Shown piece by piece: positions 59,650 to 64,000 of a stretch of 64,000 nt of DNA (positions are counted from its first letter, which is position 1; the number at the start of each line of letters is the position of its first letter). The translations under genes were made by a program, and so were the position numbers. The stretch lies in contig CACJJR010000003.1 of assembly GCA_902593795.1 (NCBI GenBank), positions 23,626-87,625 of the forward strand, written 5' to 3'. A model generated the notes under the pieces. The model was given only the letters and a program-made list of their open reading frames with translations. It did no database searches and was not told where the DNA came from. This DNA comes from an uncultured Candidatus Actinomarina sp. GTDB lineage: Bacteria > Actinomycetota > Acidimicrobiia > Actinomarinales > Actinomarinaceae.

Positions 59650-60375
59650 ATGACAAACTACAAGCTTAGTATTTCCTATGATGGAACAGATTATTATGGT
59701 TTTCAAATACAAAAAGATAAGATAACAGTTCAGGGAGAGTTTCAAAAAGTCTTAGAAGTATTCACCAATGATTATGAACTAAACTATTCAGGCAGAACTG
59801 ATGCTGGTGTGCATGCTAAAGCGCAGATCTTAAGTTTAAAAACAAATTTACATATAAATCATAAGATCATCAATTCAATGAACGCCCTTTTGGGACGTGA
59901 CATTTCAATTAATTCGTTTAAACCAACAACAAAAAATTTTCATGCGAGACATGATGCAGTTCAGAGGACCTACAAATATTTTGTATCTGATAATAATCAA
60001 CGGTATCCCTATCTAAAAAGACAATCCTTTTTATATTCAAAAGAATTAGATATAAAAATGCTTAATAAAGCATCAAAATTATTTCTTGGAGAGCATAATT
60101 TCTCTTCATATTCAAAAATATCTAAAAATCAAAATCCGAATAGGGAGATTTCTAAGAGCAAATGGATAAAAAAGCGAGATTATTATGAATATACCGTAAT
60201 TGGTAATTCATTTCTTCGAAATATGGTAAGAAATTTGGTGGGTGCTCAAATAGCTTTTTGTGAAAACAAAATTTCGTATCACGACCTTATTCAAAACCTT
60301 GATGATCCAAAAAAACAAAGAGTAAATCATATAGCACCACCGAATGGATTAATTCTTTGGAATGTTAAATACTAG
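59650..60375 (+). CDS. truA: tRNA pseudouridine(38-40) synthase
   Basis: ISYDGTDYYGFQIQ, SGRTDAGVHAKAQI, FLRNMVRNLVG. Confidence 0.95.
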   Translation: MTNYKLSISYDGTDYYGFQIQKDKITVQGEFQKVLEVFTNDYELNYSGRTDAGVHAKAQILSLKTNLHINHKIINSMNALLGRDISINSFKPTTKNFHARHDAVQRTYKYFVSDNNQRYPYLKRQSFLYSKELDIKMLNKASKLFLGEHNFSSYSKISKNQNPNREISKSKWIKKRDYYEYTVIGNSFLRNMVRNLVGAQIAFCENKISYHDLIQNLDDPKKQRVNHIAPPNGLILWNVKY

Positions 60376-60435
60376 TTTTCATAAATATATATGCACTTTA
60401 TACTAGTAGTTCGTTACAATTCTAAAGATTGATAA

Positions 60436-60897
60436 ATGAATACAAAAACAACATTTAAAGGGATAGAACCTTCTGAGCGTGAGTGGCACTTAGTTGATGC
60501 TTCAGGGCTTCCCATAGGTCGTTTAGCAAGTGAAATAGCTCAAATTTTACGTGGAAAACATAAGCCTCAATATGCTCCGCACTTAGATGTTGGAGATCAT
60601 GTAGTAGTAATAAATGCAGGTCAGATAGGGATTACTTCAAAAAAACCTGAACAAAAAATGTACCATTCTCATTCAGGATATCCAGGGGGAATAAAATCAG
60701 AGAGCTTCAACTCATTAAGAGAGAGAAAGCCTGAAAAAATTATAGAAAGAGCTGTTTGGGGTATGCTTCCGAAAAATCGATTAGGAAGGGCAGTTTTGAA
60801 AAAATTACATATATATCCAGATGCAAATCACCCTCATGAAAGTCAAAATCCAAAAGAACTAGCATTTAATATAAAGAAGGTTGAAGATAATGGCTGA
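60436..60897 (+). CDS. rplM: 50S ribosomal protein L13
   Basis: REWHLVDASGLPIGRLASEIAQILRGKHKPQY. Confidence 0.97.
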   Translation: MNTKTTFKGIEPSEREWHLVDASGLPIGRLASEIAQILRGKHKPQYAPHLDVGDHVVVINAGQIGITSKKPEQKMYHSHSGYPGGIKSESFNSLRERKPEKIIERAVWGMLPKNRLGRAVLKKLHIYPDANHPHESQNPKELAFNIKKVEDNG

Positions 60898-61279
60898 TAA
60901 TTATTACGGAACCGGAAGAAGAAAGTCTTCAGTTGCTAGAGTTACAATTTCAGAGGGAAATGGTAATTTTAAATTTAATGGAAAAAATTTTGAACAATAC
61001 TTTCCGAGTCCATCTATGAAGATGACTATTGAAAAACCTTTCAAGGTTGTAGATCTTGAAGGCAAATTTGACATGGTTGTAAATGTAAATGGAAGCGGTC
61101 TTTCAGCACAATCTGATGCTGTAGCATTAGGAATCTCAAGAGCATTAATCAAGATGAATCCTGAACTTAGACCTAAGCTTAAAAAGGCAGGACTTTTAAC
61201 AAGAGATGCTCGCAAGGTAGAACGAAAGAAATACGGTCTTAAAAAAGCTCGAAGAGCCGAGCAATTTACTAAGAGATAA
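60890..61279 (+). CDS. rpsI: 30S ribosomal protein S9
   Basis: True start ATG 60890 (MADNYYGTGRRKSSVARV). C-terminal RDARKVERKKYGLKKARRAEQFTKR. Confidence 0.96.
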   Translation: MADNYYGTGRRKSSVARVTISEGNGNFKFNGKNFEQYFPSPSMKMTIEKPFKVVDLEGKFDMVVNVNGSGLSAQSDAVALGISRALIKMNPELRPKLKKAGLLTRDARKVERKKYGLKKARRAEQFTKR

Positions 61280-61287
61280 AAAACAAA

Positions 61288-62595
61288 TTGAAAAAATATT
61301 TCGGTACTGATGGAATCCGAGGTATTCCAAATGAAAACTTAACTAAAGAGATAGTTTCAAATGTTGCATGTTCAGTTGAAGAAATTCTAAAACCAACTTC
61401 AGTTGCTGTTATTTTAGATACTCGTAATTCTTCGTTAGAGATTTTGGATTGGATATGTGAAGGATTTTCAGAAAATATTGAAGTAATCAATTATGGAGTA
61501 TTGCCGTCAGGTTCTATGCCAGTGTTATTGAATCATTTTGGACATAATCTTGGTATTGTAATTTCAGCTTCACATAATCCTAGTGAGTACAACGGAATTA
61601 AATTAATTGATGAAAACGGTTCTAAGCTCCAAGATGAAATAGAGCTTGCAATCGAATCTAACATTGAAAATATTTCTTTACCAAATACACACACTAGCTT
61701 CAAAGAATCTCAAGAAGGTTTTAAAGTTTATTTTGAATTTCTAAATCAACTTATTGATTTTGACTTAACAAGTTTTGATCTAGTTGTTGACAGTGCAAAT
61801 GGTTCTGCTTATAAAATAATTGAAAAGTTGCTAGATGTTAATGACTTTGAATTTAATATTATTGCAAATAATCCTGACGGTAAAAACATAAATTTAGATA
61901 GTGGTGCGACAAATATTGATAATTTAATAAACAAACTTAAAAATGGACAATTAGGAGCTGCATTTGATGGTGATGCTGATAGATTAATTATGGTTGATGA
62001 AAGTGGGGCTACTTGTAATGGCGATGTACTAATACTACTAATAGCAAAATATTTATCCTCAACTAATCAGCTTAAGAACGATGTTGTTGTTTCAACCGTA
62101 ATGTCTAATTTTGGATTTAAAAATTCGATTGAAAAAAACAATTTTAAAAATATTGAAACAGCTGTTGGAGACAAGTATGTTGCAGAGGCTATGGTAGAAC
62201 ACAATGCTTCTATTGGGGGTGAGCAATCTGGTCATATTATAATTTCAGATAAGCTTCCAGTAGGTGACGGACTTTTAACATTAATTTATTCACTAAAAGC
62301 TTTATCTTTTTTCAAAACAACATTAGTACAATTTCGTGAAGACAATATTGAGGAATATCCACAAAAGCTTGTTAATTTAGAACTGAACGATATGCCTAAT
62401 ATACAACAGATTAAAGAATTAGAAACTATAGCTAAGTTGCTAGCTGAAGAAAAAGAGCTAGATGGTAGATACTTAATAAGAAATTCTGGTACTGAACCAA
62501 TGCTTAGAGTTCTTGTTGAGGCTAGAGATGAAGATTCTGTTGCAGAATTTAGCAATAATCTAATCAACAAAATTAAAAACTTCTTACAAACTTAA
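61288..62595 (+). CDS. glmM: Phosphoglucosamine mutase
   Basis: TTG start. KYFGTDGIRG, SASHNPSEYNGIK (phosphoserine loop), FDGDADR, GGEQSGHII. Confidence 0.95.
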   Translation: MKKYFGTDGIRGIPNENLTKEIVSNVACSVEEILKPTSVAVILDTRNSSLEILDWICEGFSENIEVINYGVLPSGSMPVLLNHFGHNLGIVISASHNPSEYNGIKLIDENGSKLQDEIELAIESNIENISLPNTHTSFKESQEGFKVYFEFLNQLIDFDLTSFDLVVDSANGSAYKIIEKLLDVNDFEFNIIANNPDGKNINLDSGATNIDNLINKLKNGQLGAAFDGDADRLIMVDESGATCNGDVLILLIAKYLSSTNQLKNDVVVSTVMSNFGFKNSIEKNNFKNIETAVGDKYVAEAMVEHNASIGGEQSGHIIISDKLPVGDGLLTLIYSLKALSFFKTTLVQFREDNIEEYPQKLVNLELNDMPNIQQIKELETIAKLLAEEKELDGRYLIRNSGTEPMLRVLVEARDEDSVAEFSNNLINKIKNFLQT

Positions 62596-62619
62596 ATAAG
62601 TTTCTTATAATTATCTTAA

Positions 62620-62766
62620 CGAGCAATTAGCGCCAGGCCTTGAAAAAGGTGACGAGGTAGTATGTTATCGAAAAATTCGGCGGATGCATACTCGGCTCTG
62701 CAGTCGTAATAAATTGTTTAAAAACATGGAGAAATCTATGAACAGAGATAATTTATAGCAGTCTTT
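62620..62766 (+). ncRNA. glmS: glmS ribozyme (GlcN6P-dependent self-cleaving riboswitch)
   Basis: The conserved core is read directly:
- A|GCGCCAG (expected cleavage between 62630 and 62631).
- GACGAGG.
- TATCGAAAAATTCGGCGGATGC.
- CTCGGC, plus an AT-rich peripheral P3/P4-like domain.

It lies immediately 5' of glmS. Outer boundaries are approximate. Confidence 0.85.
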
Positions 62767-62797
62767 ATTTTAACCTGCTCGTTTGAATGGAGATAAA

Positions 62798-64000
62798 ATG
62801 TGTGGAATAGTTGGGTATTCAGGCCCAAAAGAACCGTTACCAATTTTAATCAATGGATTATCACGATTAGAGTACCGTGGATATGATTCTGCAGGGATAG
62901 CAATTTCTGATGGAAGCAAAATTACTATCGAAAAAAAAGAAGGTAAACTCAACGTTTTAAAAGATCATTTAAAAAATAATCCTGTATCAGGCAATTTAGG
63001 AATTGGTCATACAAGGTGGGCTACACATGGTGTACCAAATGATGTGAATGCTCATCCCCACTCTGATAACGGTGGAGAATTTGCAATTATTCATAATGGG
63101 ATTATTGAAAATTATGCAGAAATTAAGAAAGATCTTTTAGAAGACGGATTTGAATTTAAATCAGATACTGATACCGAGGTTGTAGCCGTGGAGTTAAGCA
63201 GGAAATGGAATGGTGAATTATTAAAAACTGTAGTTGATGTTGCAAAAACTTTAGATGGAACCTACGCATTAGTGGTAACTACAACTAAAGAAGAAGGAAC
63301 TATTGTTGCAGGACGACTTATGAGTCCGCTAGTTCTTGGAGTTGGAGATAATGAGGTATTTCTAGCATCTGATTCAGCAGCAATATTAGAACACACAAAA
63401 AAAATGATATTTCTTGAAAATGGCGATTTTGTAGAAATTAAAAATGGTCAGTATAAGTTGTTTGATTCGGATTTGAATGAAATAGAAAGAGAAATTCAAG
63501 AAATAGACTGGGAGGTCTCTGAAGCTGAGAAGGCAGGGTATGACCACTTTATGTATAAGGAAATTCTGGAACAGCCAGAAGTAATCGAACGAACTATTTC
63601 TGGAAGACTTGAAACAACTTCTGAGGAAATTCCAATTAAGCTAGATCAAGCATCAAAGTATGAAAAAATTTGGATAGTTGCATGCGGTACTGCTTACCAC
63701 GCTGGATTATTTGGAAAAGACCTATTTGAAAAAGTCCTAGGAGTTCCGGTCAGTGTTGAACTTGCTTCAGAGTTTAGATATAGAGAACCAATTGTTGGAA
63801 AAAATGATTTAGGTATTGTAATTTCTCAATCTGGGGAAACTATGGACACAATTGCTGCAACAGAGCTTTTGAAGGGAAATGGTGCCCATGTTCTTGCTTT
63901 GGTTAATGTTGTAGGCAGTTCATTAGCAAGAATGGCTGATAGTATTTTTTACTTGCACGTTGGTCCAGAAATAGGTGTAGCTTCAACCAAAGCTTATCTT
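62798..64000 (+). CDS. glmS: Glutamine--fructose-6-phosphate aminotransferase, N-terminal 401 codons (runs off the window)
   Basis: Not in the ORF track because there is no stop in the window. MCGIVGYSGPKEPLP (Cys2 nucleophile), GIGHTRWATHG, SIS domain VISQSGETMDT. GGAG precedes the ATG. Confidence 0.95.
   Translation, partial: MCGIVGYSGPKEPLPILINGLSRLEYRGYDSAGIAISDGSKITIEKKEGKLNVLKDHLKNNPVSGNLGIGHTRWATHGVPNDVNAHPHSDNGGEFAIIHNGIIENYAEIKKDLLEDGFEFKSDTDTEVVAVELSRKWNGELLKTVVDVAKTLDGTYALVVTTTKEEGTIVAGRLMSPLVLGVGDNEVFLASDSAAILEHTKKMIFLENGDFVEIKNGQYKLFDSDLNEIEREIQEIDWEVSEAEKAGYDHFMYKEILEQPEVIERTISGRLETTSEEIPIKLDQASKYEKIWIVACGTAYHAGLFGKDLFEKVLGVPVSVELASEFRYREPIVGKNDLGIVISQSGETMDTIAATELLKGNGAHVLALVNVVGSSLARMADSIFYLHVGPEIGVASTKAYL

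Noticed and set aside
1-64000. A search for mobile elements, integrases, toxin-antitoxin or defence genes, CRISPR arrays and rRNA
   Set aside because: No translation in the ORF track resembles a transposase, recombinase, Cas or restriction protein. No long direct or inverted terminal repeats were noticed. The tRNA cluster is not flanked by an integrase.

Overview
This is an AT-rich, densely coding bacterial chromosome segment (about one-third G+C by eye, not computed), made up almost entirely of core genes. I saw no transposase, integrase, CRISPR array, rRNA or prophage-like content.

Gene content, left to right:
- The tail of a NuoN-like antiporter subunit with a coupled mini-ORF.
- An ABC-2 exporter pair, thymidine kinase and a DtxR-family regulator.
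- Ferrochelatase, divergent from an Fe(III)-type ABC uptake operon (lipoprotein binding protein, fused double permease, ATPase).
- A clear heliorhodopsin gene.
- An alkaline-phosphatase-superfamily gene.
- An 11-gene nuoABCDHIJKLMN operon with no nuoEFG, followed directly by a MidA/NDUFAF7-like methyltransferase.
- htpX, a rhodanese and a PfkB kinase.
- Two membrane proteins of unknown function.
- tRNA-Tyr/Thr/Met, rpmG and an ECF sigma/ZAS anti-sigma pair.
- tRNA-Trp, secE, nusG, rplKA, rplJL and rpoBC.
- rpsLG, fusA and tuf.
- The complete S10/spc/alpha ribosomal operons.
- truA, rplM, rpsI and glmM.
- A glmS ribozyme and the start of glmS.

The synteny looks actinobacterial (tRNA cluster-rpmG...tRNA-Trp-secE-nusG; rplQ-truA; rplM-rpsI-glmM-glmS). 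Combined with the low G+C, it suggests a streamlined low-GC, probably aquatic, actinobacterium. That is inference only.

Most notable observations:
- The heliorhodopsin and its position next to the iron transporter.
- The N-module-less complex I operon.
- nuoN apparently has to start at ATT.
- The linked NDUFAF7-like gene.
- The glmS ribozyme.
- Cys-less (zinc-independent type) L33/S14/L36 at the primary ribosomal loci.
- A DtxR-family regulator with a degenerate metal-ligand set, plus TTAAC/GTTAA palindromes in the iron-gene promoters.

All coordinates were derived by hand from the sequence and the ORF track. No database search was run.
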